Source of the DNA: Chitinophagaceae bacterium | GTDB lineage: Bacteria; Bacteroidota; Bacteroidia; Chitinophagales; Chitinophagaceae | Length of the DNA: 64,000 nt | Direction: 5' to 3' | Assembly (NCBI GenBank): GCA_035549175.1 | Contig: DASZRL010000014.1 | Location: 1,122-65,121, forward strand | Part shown: one piece after another, positions 17,978-26,297 of the stretch | How the letters are laid out: the number at the start of each line of letters is the position of its first letter | Numbering within the stretch: the stretch's first letter is position 1 | Translations under genes and position numbers: made by a program | Notes under the pieces: generated by a model | Database searches by the model: none | What the model was told of the DNA's origin: nothing | Seen by the model: the letters and a program-made list of their open reading frames with translations, nothing else

Positions 17978-18709
17978 ATGAACAAATTAATAAAAGGTTT
18001 CCATTTCCGGGCCGGCCGTCAGGCTATTTTTTCAGCCCTCCTTCCTCTTGCCATCCAGGCGCAATCAACTGGTTCTGTTCCTGCTGCACCGGGCCTGCCG
18101 GTAATCCGCAGCCTGGCCGCCTACCGGGCCCTGGTTGCCCGGGATTCCGCGTGGCGCCTGGTCGAGCTACGCACCCTCATCCCGGACCTGGTGTACGACC
18201 TGCGGTATGCAGGCCATAACAATTTTACGGGCCGGATCCTGTATGGCCAGGGAACCCGTACGTTCCTGCAGGCCGGAGCCGCCAGGGCCCTGGCGCGGGT
18301 AGCGTCCGACCTGCGTGCCCGGGGTCTGGGCCTGAAGATTTTTGACGCGTATCGCCCTTATTCCGTCACCGTCCGGATGTGGCGGCTAATCCACGACGCC
18401 CGGTATGTGGCCGATCCTGCCCAGGGCAGCGGCCATAACCGCGGGCTGGCTGTGGACCTCACGCTGATCCGGCTGGACACGGGCCGGGAGCTGGATATGG
18501 GAACCGGTTTTGACAACTTCACAGACTCGGCGCATACAGACTTCCGCCAGTTGCCTGAGCCGGTACTGGAAAACCGCCGCCTGCTCCGTTCGATCCTGGA
18601 AAAATACGGATTCCGCAGCCTGGAAACCGAATGGTGGCATTTTAGCTATCCCCATGGCGGGGACCCGGACTCATCCGTCCTGGACATTGATTTCCGGCGG
18701 CTGCCCTGA
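17978..18709 (+). CDS. Secreted M15-family D-Ala-D-Ala dipeptidase/carboxypeptidase (VanX/DdpX-like)
   Basis: In-frame ATG at 17978 gives MNKLIKGFHFRAGRQAIFSALLPLAIQAQS (signal peptide). VanX-type zinc and catalytic motifs GSGHNRGLAVDLTL and ETEWWHF. Confidence 0.85.
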   Translation: MNKLIKGFHFRAGRQAIFSALLPLAIQAQSTGSVPAAPGLPVIRSLAAYRALVARDSAWRLVELRTLIPDLVYDLRYAGHNNFTGRILYGQGTRTFLQAGAARALARVASDLRARGLGLKIFDAYRPYSVTVRMWRLIHDARYVADPAQGSGHNRGLAVDLTLIRLDTGRELDMGTGFDNFTDSAHTDFRQLPEPVLENRRLLRSILEKYGFRSLETEWWHFSYPHGGDPDSSVLDIDFRRLP

Positions 18710-18767
18710 GCGGCGCCACTGCGAAAGGCAAGCAATTCCATCAGAAAAACCGGGTATCGTTCCGCCC

Positions 18768-19760
18768 TCAGACCACGCGATGAATCTTTTGCTCCAGCAG
18801 CATCAGGTCGGCCAGGACCATGGCCGTGACGGCCTCCAGGACCACCGGCACGCGCAGGGCGATGCACAGGTCATGACGCCCCTTTACGGAAACGGTCTCC
18901 ATGGCACCGGTCTCCCAGTTGAGGGTATGTTGCTCGCGCGGCGTAGAGGAGGTGGGCTTTACCGCAATACGGAACACCAGTTCATTGCCATTGCTGATTC
19001 CGCCGACCACGCCCCCGGCATGGTTGGTGACCGTGTGCCCCTGCATATCGGAAATCGGGTCGTTGTGCTGGCTGCCGAACATGCGCGCGGCGGCAAACCC
19101 GGTGCCGAACTCAATCCCCCGGACGGCGGGGATGGCAAAAACGGCATGGGCCAGCAAAGACTCCACTGAATCAAAGAAAGGTTCTCCCAGGCCGGCCGGA
19201 AGCCCCTGGGCCCGGCATTCCACGATACCCCCGATGGAGTCCTTGGCATCGATGGCCTTCTGCAATCCCTGGTCCAGGTCAGTCTCCCCGCCGATTTCCA
19301 GGATGGTACTGCGCACGCAGACGGGGTGAATCAGTTTTTTAGCCAGGGCGCCCGCCGCGACAAGGGCCACGGTCAGCCGGCCGCTGAAATGACCGGATCC
19401 GCGAAAGTCCTCAAAGCCCCCGAATTTCTGGCGGGCGACAAAGTCCGCATGCCCCGGACGGGGTACCGCCCGCTGCTTCTCGTAATCGCTGCTGCGGGTG
19501 TTTTTATTTTCAAACAGGATGACCAGCGGCGCCCCGGTAGTATGGCCGTTGTACACCCCGCTCTGGATAAAGGGATAGTCCTCCTCCTGCCGGGGCGTGG
19601 TGCCTTTGCGGGTGCCACCCTTGCGCCGCTCCAGGTCCTCCAGGAAATCCTCGGCCTTCAGCGGCAGACCCGCCGGGCAGCCGTCCACCAGGATACCAAC
19701 ACGCTCGCCATGGGATTCACCCAATATGTGCACGCGGAATAACCGTCCGAAACTATTCAT
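18768..19760 (-). CDS. aroC: Chorismate synthase
   Basis: 330 aa: MNSFGRLFRVHILGESHGERVGILVDGCPAGL... and ...GRHDLCIALRVPVVLEAV. Confidence 0.95.
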   Translation of the reverse strand: MNSFGRLFRVHILGESHGERVGILVDGCPAGLPLKAEDFLEDLERRKGGTRKGTTPRQEEDYPFIQSGVYNGHTTGAPLVILFENKNTRSSDYEKQRAVPRPGHADFVARQKFGGFEDFRGSGHFSGRLTVALVAAGALAKKLIHPVCVRSTILEIGGETDLDQGLQKAIDAKDSIGGIVECRAQGLPAGLGEPFFDSVESLLAHAVFAIPAVRGIEFGTGFAAARMFGSQHNDPISDMQGHTVTNHAGGVVGGISNGNELVFRIAVKPTSSTPREQHTLNWETGAMETVSVKGRHDLCIALRVPVVLEAVTAMVLADLMLLEQKIHRVV

Positions 19761-21063
19761 GGAAAACGAATGAATTGGTTAATGATATGGAAGCACCGGC
19801 CTGCTGCAGGTCCCGGTAAAAGTCCGGGTAGGACTTGCTTACGGCCTCGGCCTGCTCGATGACCGTCTCACCCTGCGCACCCAGGGCTGCCACGGCGCAG
19901 GCCATGGCAATGCGGTGATCATGCCGGGAATGGACAGCAGCCCCGCGAAGGGGATGGCCGCCATGGACCACCATGGTATCCCCGGCCAGCTCGATAGGCA
20001 GCCCGAGCTTCCTGAACTCCTCCTGCAGGGTCAGGGCCCGGTTGCTTTCCTTATGGGTAAGCCGCTCCGCCCCCCGCAGGACGGTGTCTCCCTGGCAATA
20101 GGCAGCCAGGGCCACCAGCGGCGGGAACAGGTCCGGGCAGTCGGTCGCATCAAAGGTAAATCCTTTCATGGGGGCCCGATGCAGGCGGATTCCCTTTGCC
20201 TCGATGGCGATGCCGGCGCCGGCTGCCATCAGGGCTTCGACTATGGCCTTATCCGCCTGGGTCGATCCCATGTCCAGCCCGTGTACGGTCATGTCGCCCG
20301 CCAGCACGCCGGCAACCAGCAGGAATGCACCCCCGCTCCAATCCCCCTCCACCGTGTATTCGTGGCGGCCCTCGCCGGCCGGGTGGGGCGCGGCGTCAAA
20401 ACAGAACCGTTCATAGCCCTGGTTCTCCGGCACCTTCAGGCCGAAGCGGCGCATCACATCGAGGGTCAGGTCAATATAGGGCCGGCTCTTCAGGTTCCTG
20501 ACCCGGATGCATACCCCGCGGGCATCGGCTGCCGCATAGGCCAGGAGCAGGCCGGTGAGAAACTGCGAACTCAGGGACCCATCGATCTCGATATCCGCAG
20601 GCTGCAGCATGCCCCGTACCGATAAAGGCAATCGACCCTGGTTGGAACGGATGGTTACCCCCAGCCGGGGCAGGACGGAGTCGAAAAAATCCATCGGACG
20701 GCTGACCAGGCTGCCTTCGCCCTTCAGCAGGATCTCCGCGTCACTGAGCGCCACCAGGGGGGTAAACATGCGGACGCCCAGCCCGCTTTCCCCGCAGCTG
20801 ACCTCCAGGGGCGAGTGGCCGGGATGAAACGGGACCCCGGGGCTCTTTACCAGCAGGCGGCCATCCTGGGTCTCCACGGAGGCGCCCAGTGCCTGGATGA
20901 TGCCCAGGGCAGCCCGGTCGTCATTGCTGTGTCCCGGGTTATGGATCAGGCTCGTGCCCCGGGCCACCAGCGCCGCCGCGCAGGCACGCTGCATGGAACT
21001 CTTGGAGGCGGGAGCCTGCTGGCGTCCCCGGAGTGCCGAAGGTTGGATCGTTGATTTCATCAA
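19753..21063 (-). CDS. aroA: 3-phosphoshikimate 1-carboxyvinyltransferase (EPSP synthase)
   Basis: 436 aa with PASKSSMQRA, an LGNSGTA-like region, RPMDFF and DHRIAMA. Overlaps the aroC start by 8 nt. Confidence 0.95.
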   Translation of the reverse strand: MMKSTIQPSALRGRQQAPASKSSMQRACAAALVARGTSLIHNPGHSNDDRAALGIIQALGASVETQDGRLLVKSPGVPFHPGHSPLEVSCGESGLGVRMFTPLVALSDAEILLKGEGSLVSRPMDFFDSVLPRLGVTIRSNQGRLPLSVRGMLQPADIEIDGSLSSQFLTGLLLAYAAADARGVCIRVRNLKSRPYIDLTLDVMRRFGLKVPENQGYERFCFDAAPHPAGEGRHEYTVEGDWSGGAFLLVAGVLAGDMTVHGLDMGSTQADKAIVEALMAAGAGIAIEAKGIRLHRAPMKGFTFDATDCPDLFPPLVALAAYCQGDTVLRGAERLTHKESNRALTLQEEFRKLGLPIELAGDTMVVHGGHPLRGAAVHSRHDHRIAMACAVAALGAQGETVIEQAEAVSKSYPDFYRDLQQAGASISLTNSFVFHE

Positions 21064-21072
21064 GAGGTTTAT

Positions 21073-22092
21073 TTACAATTTTTCAATCAGCCTTTCCAGG
21101 CGGCGCAGGGGAATGGACTGAACGACGCCCCGGCCGATGCGCTCCAGCAGGATATAGTTTATTTCCTTGCGCTCCCGCTTCTTGTCCATCTTCAGAATGC
21201 GGATCGCCTGCGGCCTGTCAAAGTCAAGGGACGTGGGAAGGCCATATTGCTCCAGCACGGACTTTACACGGTCCGTATGCCGGAATCCGGTGAGCTGTTC
21301 CGAAAGGCGGCAGGCATAGGCCATGCCGATCGCCACGGCCTGGCCATGCATAAGCTGGTAGGTATTTTCCAGGGCGTGGCCCAGGGTATGGCCGAAATTC
21401 AGCAGGCGCCGCTCACCGCGCTCCCCTTCATCCCGCTGCACGATCCGTGCCTTGATGGCCACATTGCGGGCAATGAGGCCGGACAGCCGGCTGCGGCTGG
21501 CCTGGAATTTTTTCAGGTTGGCCGTCTCCAGTTCCCGGAATAATGCCGCGTCCCGGATGCAGGCGTGCTTGATAACCTCGGCAAATCCGTTTTCCCATTC
21601 GGCCCGGGGCAGGCTGCGCAGCAGGGAGAGGTCATGCAGGATAAAGGATGGCTGGCGGATCACTCCCACCAGGTTCTTGTACACGCCTACGTCGATGCCG
21701 TTCTTTCCGCCGATGGAGGCATCCACGAGGGCCAGGATGGAAGTGGGTACAAACCCAAACCGGATCCCGCGCAGGTACACCGAGGCCACATAGCCGGCCA
21801 GGTCGGTGACCACCCCGCCGCCAACACCCACCAGGGTGCTGCTCCGGCCGGCTTCCAGGCCGATCAGCCGGCTGATGATATCGTCCACGGTAGGTTGCAC
21901 TTTGAAGCGCTCTCCGGGTTTCAGGACAATGGTCTGCCAGCCCCGGAAACGGGCGCGGTGGGCCTGGTAGACATGCTCGTCGGTGAGCAGCACCGAGGTC
22001 TTGCGGTCAGTTATGCGGCCCAGCTGGCCGAAGGCAGCGGCCAGGTAAAAGTCGGTCCTGGCCTGCCCAAACTGGTAAGAAACGTGGTTCAT
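21073..22092 (-). CDS. aroB: 3-dehydroquinate synthase
   Basis: 339 aa with GGGVVTDLAGYVAS, NFGHTLGHALE and the family metal-binding His residues. Confidence 0.93.
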   Translation of the reverse strand: MNHVSYQFGQARTDFYLAAAFGQLGRITDRKTSVLLTDEHVYQAHRARFRGWQTIVLKPGERFKVQPTVDDIISRLIGLEAGRSSTLVGVGGGVVTDLAGYVASVYLRGIRFGFVPTSILALVDASIGGKNGIDVGVYKNLVGVIRQPSFILHDLSLLRSLPRAEWENGFAEVIKHACIRDAALFRELETANLKKFQASRSRLSGLIARNVAIKARIVQRDEGERGERRLLNFGHTLGHALENTYQLMHGQAVAIGMAYACRLSEQLTGFRHTDRVKSVLEQYGLPTSLDFDRPQAIRILKMDKKRERKEINYILLERIGRGVVQSIPLRRLERLIEKL

Positions 22093-22126
22093 GTGGGATC
22101 GGTTACCGGGCGACGGGCCCGGAAGC

Positions 22127-23218
22127 TCAGCTGTTCATGATCTTGTTCTGGTGCTGGATGCTTTCCATATGGACCGCATCGAAATATTTGGTGATGAATT
22201 CCCGGCTCAGTCCCAGTTTGTCCCCCTTGGTGAATGCGCGCTCCAGGATGGCATTCCAGCGGTTGGTCTGCAGGATCGTGATGTTATTGTTCTTCTTGTA
22301 CTCCCCGATCTTCTCGGCGATCTTCATGCGCTGGCTGAGAACCTGCATCAGCTCATCATCCAGGTGGTTGATCTGCTGGCGCAGTTTTTCCAGGGCGGCA
22401 TGGAACTCCTCGGAATTGATATCCTCCTTCCTCCACACGATGCTGTCGAGCATTTCAGCGAGCCGTTCCGGGGTCACCTGTTGTTTGGCGTCGCTCCAGG
22501 CATTGTCCGGGTCAATATGGCTTTCGATCATCAGGCCGTCATAATCCAGGTCGATCGCCTTCTGGGCCACGTCCAGCAGGATATCGCGCCGGCCGCAGAT
22601 ATGGGAAGGATCATTGATAATCGGCAGTCCGGGATTGCGGCGCTTCATCTCGATGGCCAGGTGCCACATGGGGGCATTGCGGTATTCGGTATTGCCATAG
22701 GAGGAGAAGCCACGGTGGATCAGCCCGATCTGCTTCACCCCGGCCCGGGCCACGCGCTCCACCGCCCCGCTCCACAGTTCCAGGTCGGGGTTGATCGGAT
22801 TTTTGATCAGTACGGGAATGTCGACTCCACGCAGCGCATCGGCCACTTCCTGGACGCTGAACGGGTTGACCGTCGTGCGGGCCCCGATCCAGAGCACATC
22901 GACCTCGAAGGTCAGCGCGTCCTCCACCTGTTTGCCGGTGGCCACCTCTACCGTAGTGGGCAGACCGGTCAGTTTGCGGGCCTGCTGGAGCCAGGGAAGT
23001 CCTTTGGTACCGATGCCCTCGAACATGCCTGGCTTGGTGCGGGGTTTCCAGATTCCGGCCCGCAGCATATCGATCTTGCCGGTGGCGGCCAGTCGCTGGG
23101 CGGTAGCCAGCACCTGCTCCTCGGTTTCTGCACTGCAGGGGCCCGATATGATCAGGGGGCGCTTGGCCCACTTTTGCTGGACGATTTCTTTCAGGGAGTT
23201 TGTTGCTGTTGCTTGCAT
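22127..23218 (-). CDS. Bifunctional 3-deoxy-7-phosphoheptulonate (DAHP) synthase / chorismate mutase
   Basis: 363 aa. The N-terminal part is a KDSA-like DAHPS (LIISGPCSAE, DPSHICG). The C-terminal 90 aa is an AroQ chorismate-mutase helix bundle (LRQQINHLDDELMQVLSQRMKIAEKIGEYK). Confidence 0.9.
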   Translation of the reverse strand: MQATATNSLKEIVQQKWAKRPLIISGPCSAETEEQVLATAQRLAATGKIDMLRAGIWKPRTKPGMFEGIGTKGLPWLQQARKLTGLPTTVEVATGKQVEDALTFEVDVLWIGARTTVNPFSVQEVADALRGVDIPVLIKNPINPDLELWSGAVERVARAGVKQIGLIHRGFSSYGNTEYRNAPMWHLAIEMKRRNPGLPIINDPSHICGRRDILLDVAQKAIDLDYDGLMIESHIDPDNAWSDAKQQVTPERLAEMLDSIVWRKEDINSEEFHAALEKLRQQINHLDDELMQVLSQRMKIAEKIGEYKKNNNITILQTNRWNAILERAFTKGDKLGLSREFITKYFDAVHMESIQHQNKIMNS

Positions 23219-23262
23219 GGTATTACAGTTGTAAAATTAATGTTTTACTGGCTGCGGACCCG

Positions 23263-24111
23263 TCACTGGATGATCCGCCTGATCTTGTTGGCCTGCTCCA
23301 TCAATTCATAGAGGTACTGGTAGTTCTCCTTTTCCAGGCAGGCCTTGAATTTGCGCAGCTGGCTGATATGCTCGTTTAGCACGTCCAGCACGTTTTCCCG
23401 GTTCTGCATGAAAATCGGCGCCCACATCGCCGGGTTGCTCTTGGCCAGCCGGACCGTGCTCTCAAAACCGCCGCCGGCCAGTTCGAAAATGGTATCCTCT
23501 TCCCTTTCCTTTTCCAGCACCGTGTTGGCCAGCGCAAAGGACGTGATGTGGGATATATGGCTTACGTACGCAGCGTGCATGTCGTGGCTGGAAGGGTCCA
23601 TATACACGATATGCATGCCGAGCTGGCGATAGACATCCTCCAGGGTCTCCACGGCATCGGGATCGCTTCGTTCCTTTTCACAGATCACGCAGGCCCGGCC
23701 GGCAAAGGCTTCCCGCACCGCCGCTTCCGGTCCGCTGTACTCGGTACCCCACATCGGGTGGGTAGCCACGAAACGGCCGCGCCGGGGATGGTCCGCCAGG
23801 GCCTCGCAGAGGGCGTGCTTGGTGGAGCCGGCATCGGCCACGATCTGCCCGCTGCCCGCCAAGTCCAGGATTCGGCGGACCATCCCCGGCGTTACATCGA
23901 CGGGAATGGCCACATACACCAGGTCGCTCTGCGGTACGGCTTCTTCCAGGGGGAGTGCCTCGTCGATCAGCCCCAGGTCCAGCGCCTTTTTCAGGCTGGC
24001 CTCGGTCCGGCTAACCCCGATAACGTGACGGGCCAGTTTTCTTTCTTTCAGCGCCAGGGCGAAGGAACCGCTGATCAGTCCTACCCCGACTATGGTCACC
24101 TTATTGAACAT
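23263..24111 (-). CDS. tyrA: Prephenate dehydrogenase
   Basis: Rossmann motif VTIVGVGLISGSFA directly after MFNK (ATG at 24111). An alternative upstream start lies at 24138. Contains HPMWG and SHDMHAAYVSH. Confidence 0.88.
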   Translation of the reverse strand: MFNKVTIVGVGLISGSFALALKERKLARHVIGVSRTEASLKKALDLGLIDEALPLEEAVPQSDLVYVAIPVDVTPGMVRRILDLAGSGQIVADAGSTKHALCEALADHPRRGRFVATHPMWGTEYSGPEAAVREAFAGRACVICEKERSDPDAVETLEDVYRQLGMHIVYMDPSSHDMHAAYVSHISHITSFALANTVLEKEREEDTIFELAGGGFESTVRLAKSNPAMWAPIFMQNRENVLDVLNEHISQLRKFKACLEKENYQYLYELMEQANKIRRIIQ

Positions 24112-25282
24112 GCACTGTTTTTTGTTTAAGGCCGGCAAGCCGGATTCGTTCGATGCTTTCCTGGAACCGCTGCTGCGGGCTGCACAGACTGACCCGGATA
24201 TACCGGTTGCCGGCTTCCCCGAAAATGCCGCCCGGCGTGATGAATACGGCTGCCTCGCGCAACACCTCGTCGCTCAGTGCAAACCCGCTTTCATAGCCCG
24301 CGGGTATGCGGGCCCATACGAACATGCCGGCCTGGTCGGTGGCGTACCGGCAGCCCAGCAGATCCAGCAGCGCGAACACTTCCTGGCGTCGCGACCGGTA
24401 GGTGGCATTGACCTGGTCATACCAGTCGCGGTCCAGGCTGAGGGCCCGCGCGGCGGCCAGCTGCAGCGGAAGGAACATGCCGCTGTCCATATTGCTTTTA
24501 AACCGAAGGACTTCCTCGACCCGGCTGGCCGCCCCGCAGAGCATACCGACCCGCCAGCCGGCCATATTATGGGACTTGCTGAGCGAGTTGAGTTCCAGGG
24601 CGGTTTCCCGGGCGCCCGGGATGACAAGCAGACTCATCGGGGCGTCATTCAGGATAAAGCTGTAGGGGTTGTCGTGGCAGATGAGGATGCCGTGCCGGCG
24701 CCCGAATTCAACAAGGCGGGCCAGCAGGTCCCGGGTAGGCAGCTGCCCGGTGGGCATCTGGGGGTAATTCACCCACATCAGCCGGACACGGGTCAGGTCG
24801 GATTGTTCCAGGGCCCGGAAGTCCGGTTCATACCCGTTCTTTTCTTCGAGCACGTAGGGCACGCAGCGCCCTCCGGCAAGCTGTACGGCACTGCGGTAGG
24901 TCGGATAGCCGGGATCGGGAACCAGGGCCTCGTCGCCTTCGTTCAGGTAGGTCATGCACACATGCAGGATTCCTTCCTTGCTGCCGATGAGGGGCAGGAT
25001 TTCGCGGTCCGCATCCAGGCTGACCCCGTACCAGCGGTCATACCACTGGCTGATCGCCCGGCGCAGCACCGGCGATCCTTTATAGGACTGGTAGGCGTGC
25101 ACGTCAGGACGGGCACATTCCTGCTGCAGTACCCGGATCACGTCCGGATGCGGCGGAAGGTCCGGGCTGCCGATTCCCAGGTTGATGACGTTTTTTCCCT
25201 GGCGGTTGAGCTCGTCGATCTCCCGGAGTTTCTGGGAGAAATAATATTCGCCGATACCCTGTAGTCGTTTGGCTATTTCCAT
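24101..25282 (-). CDS. Class I/II PLP-dependent aminotransferase (likely aromatic/prephenate aminotransferase from operon context)
   Basis: 393 aa with an aminotransferase fold and the PLP-lysine region LNSLSKSHNMAGWRVG. Overlaps the pheA stop by 10 nt and the tyrA start by 11 nt. Confidence 0.85.
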   Translation of the reverse strand: MEIAKRLQGIGEYYFSQKLREIDELNRQGKNVINLGIGSPDLPPHPDVIRVLQQECARPDVHAYQSYKGSPVLRRAISQWYDRWYGVSLDADREILPLIGSKEGILHVCMTYLNEGDEALVPDPGYPTYRSAVQLAGGRCVPYVLEEKNGYEPDFRALEQSDLTRVRLMWVNYPQMPTGQLPTRDLLARLVEFGRRHGILICHDNPYSFILNDAPMSLLVIPGARETALELNSLSKSHNMAGWRVGMLCGAASRVEEVLRFKSNMDSGMFLPLQLAAARALSLDRDWYDQVNATYRSRRQEVFALLDLLGCRYATDQAGMFVWARIPAGYESGFALSDEVLREAAVFITPGGIFGEAGNRYIRVSLCSPQQRFQESIERIRLAGLKQKTVHVQ

Positions 25283-26103
25283 ATGCCTCGTTTATAGATT
25301 CCGTAAATTCTCAATGCCTCGGTGATGGGACGGATGGAACGGATCACTTCCTGGAACTGGTCCAGGCTGTCAAACTCCATGTCTGCGTGAAAACTGTATT
25401 TGAAATCGCTGCCCGGGATGGGAAAGCTCTGCAGTTTGCTGAGGTTGATGCCGCCTTCGGCAATCCGGGTCAGCACCCGCGCCAGGCTTCCCCGGGAATG
25501 ATCCGTATGGAAGTTGACGGACGCCTTGTTGGCCCCTTCGATCACCGGCGCCTCCTGTTCCCGCTGCAGGACCAGGAACCGGGTATAGTTGTTTTTCAGG
25601 GTATGGATATTGGGTGCCAGCACCTCCAGGCCGAACAGGTCCGCGGCCAGTTTGCTGGCAATGGCGGCCGCATGGCGGCTATGCCGCTGGTGAAGATGAC
25701 GCGCGCTGAGCGCCGTGTCCTCGGTTTCCACCAGCTTCCAGCTGTAGCGGTCCAGGAACTCCAGGCATTGCTGCAGGGCCATGGGATGGGAATGCACTTC
25801 GCGGATGTCCTCCAGCCGCACACCGGGATTTACCAGCAGGTTCTGGCGGATATGCAGGTAAACCTCGCCGGTAACGGTCAGGTTGCTTTTCTGCAGCAAA
25901 TTGTAATTGGGAAGGATGCTGCCGGCGATCGAATTCTCGATTGCCATCACCCCGCCGTCGCCCTGCGTGGGATCCTCCGCCAGGCGGACGACGTCACGGA
26001 AGGTGGCGCAGGGGATCACTTCCACTTCGTTGCCGAAATAGACCTGGGCGGCCACTTGGTGAAAGCTGCCTTCGTACCCCTGGATCGAAACGCGTGTTGT
26101 CAT
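25273..26103 (-). CDS. pheA: Prephenate dehydratase (PDT plus ACT domain)
   Basis: 276 aa: VSIQGYEGSFHQVAA, TRFLVL, and ACT region ESRP-like SLARVLTRIAEGGINLSKLQSFP. Confidence 0.92.
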   Translation of the reverse strand: MTTRVSIQGYEGSFHQVAAQVYFGNEVEVIPCATFRDVVRLAEDPTQGDGGVMAIENSIAGSILPNYNLLQKSNLTVTGEVYLHIRQNLLVNPGVRLEDIREVHSHPMALQQCLEFLDRYSWKLVETEDTALSARHLHQRHSRHAAAIASKLAADLFGLEVLAPNIHTLKNNYTRFLVLQREQEAPVIEGANKASVNFHTDHSRGSLARVLTRIAEGGINLSKLQSFPIPGSDFKYSFHADMEFDSLDQFQEVIRSIRPITEALRIYGIYKRGIWK

Positions 26104-26107
26104 AGTT

Positions 26108-26138
26108 AAAAAAAAGATCCCGGCTTTTGGCCGGGACC
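26108..26138 (-). terminator. Attenuator terminator immediately upstream of pheA
   Basis: The minus strand reads GUCCCGGC-CAAAA-GCCGGGAU followed by U8 (26115-26108). The U tract ends 4 nt before the pheA ATG at 26103. Confidence 0.75.
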
Positions 26139-26161
26139 CTTTATGTTGATTTTAGTTTCTG

Positions 26162-26251
26162 TCAGTTCGTATTCAACAAAAGCAATCCCGGCTTCCTGGT
26201 AAAAAAGAAGTAGTAAAAATAAAAGCCGAAATATGCCTTGCTGCTCGTCAT
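26162..26251 (-). CDS. Phe/Tyr-rich leader peptide of the aromatic amino-acid operon (29 codons)
   Basis: Translated by hand, too short for the ORF track: ATG ACG AGC AGC AAG GCA TAT TTC GGC TTT TAT TTT TAC TAC TTC TTT TTT ACC AGG AAG CCG GGA TTG CTT TTG TTG AAT ACG AAC TGA. This gives MTSSKAYFGFYFYYFFFTRKPGLLLLNTN. Confidence 0.7.
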   Translation of the reverse strand: MTSSKAYFGFYFYYFFFTRKPGLLLLNTN

Positions 26252-26258
26252 TACCTTA

Positions 26259-26290
26259 CAAATATAGCCCCGTAATCTTTATTGGACAAT
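26259..26290 (-). promoter_or_regulatory. Candidate Bacteroidota promoter for the leader and aro operon
   Basis: The minus strand carries ATTG (26290-26287), a 20-nt spacer, then TATATTTG (26266-26259, TAnnTTTG). The box ends 7 nt before the leader ATG, implying a very short or absent 5' UTR. Confidence 0.4.
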
Positions 26291-26297
26291 TATTCAT

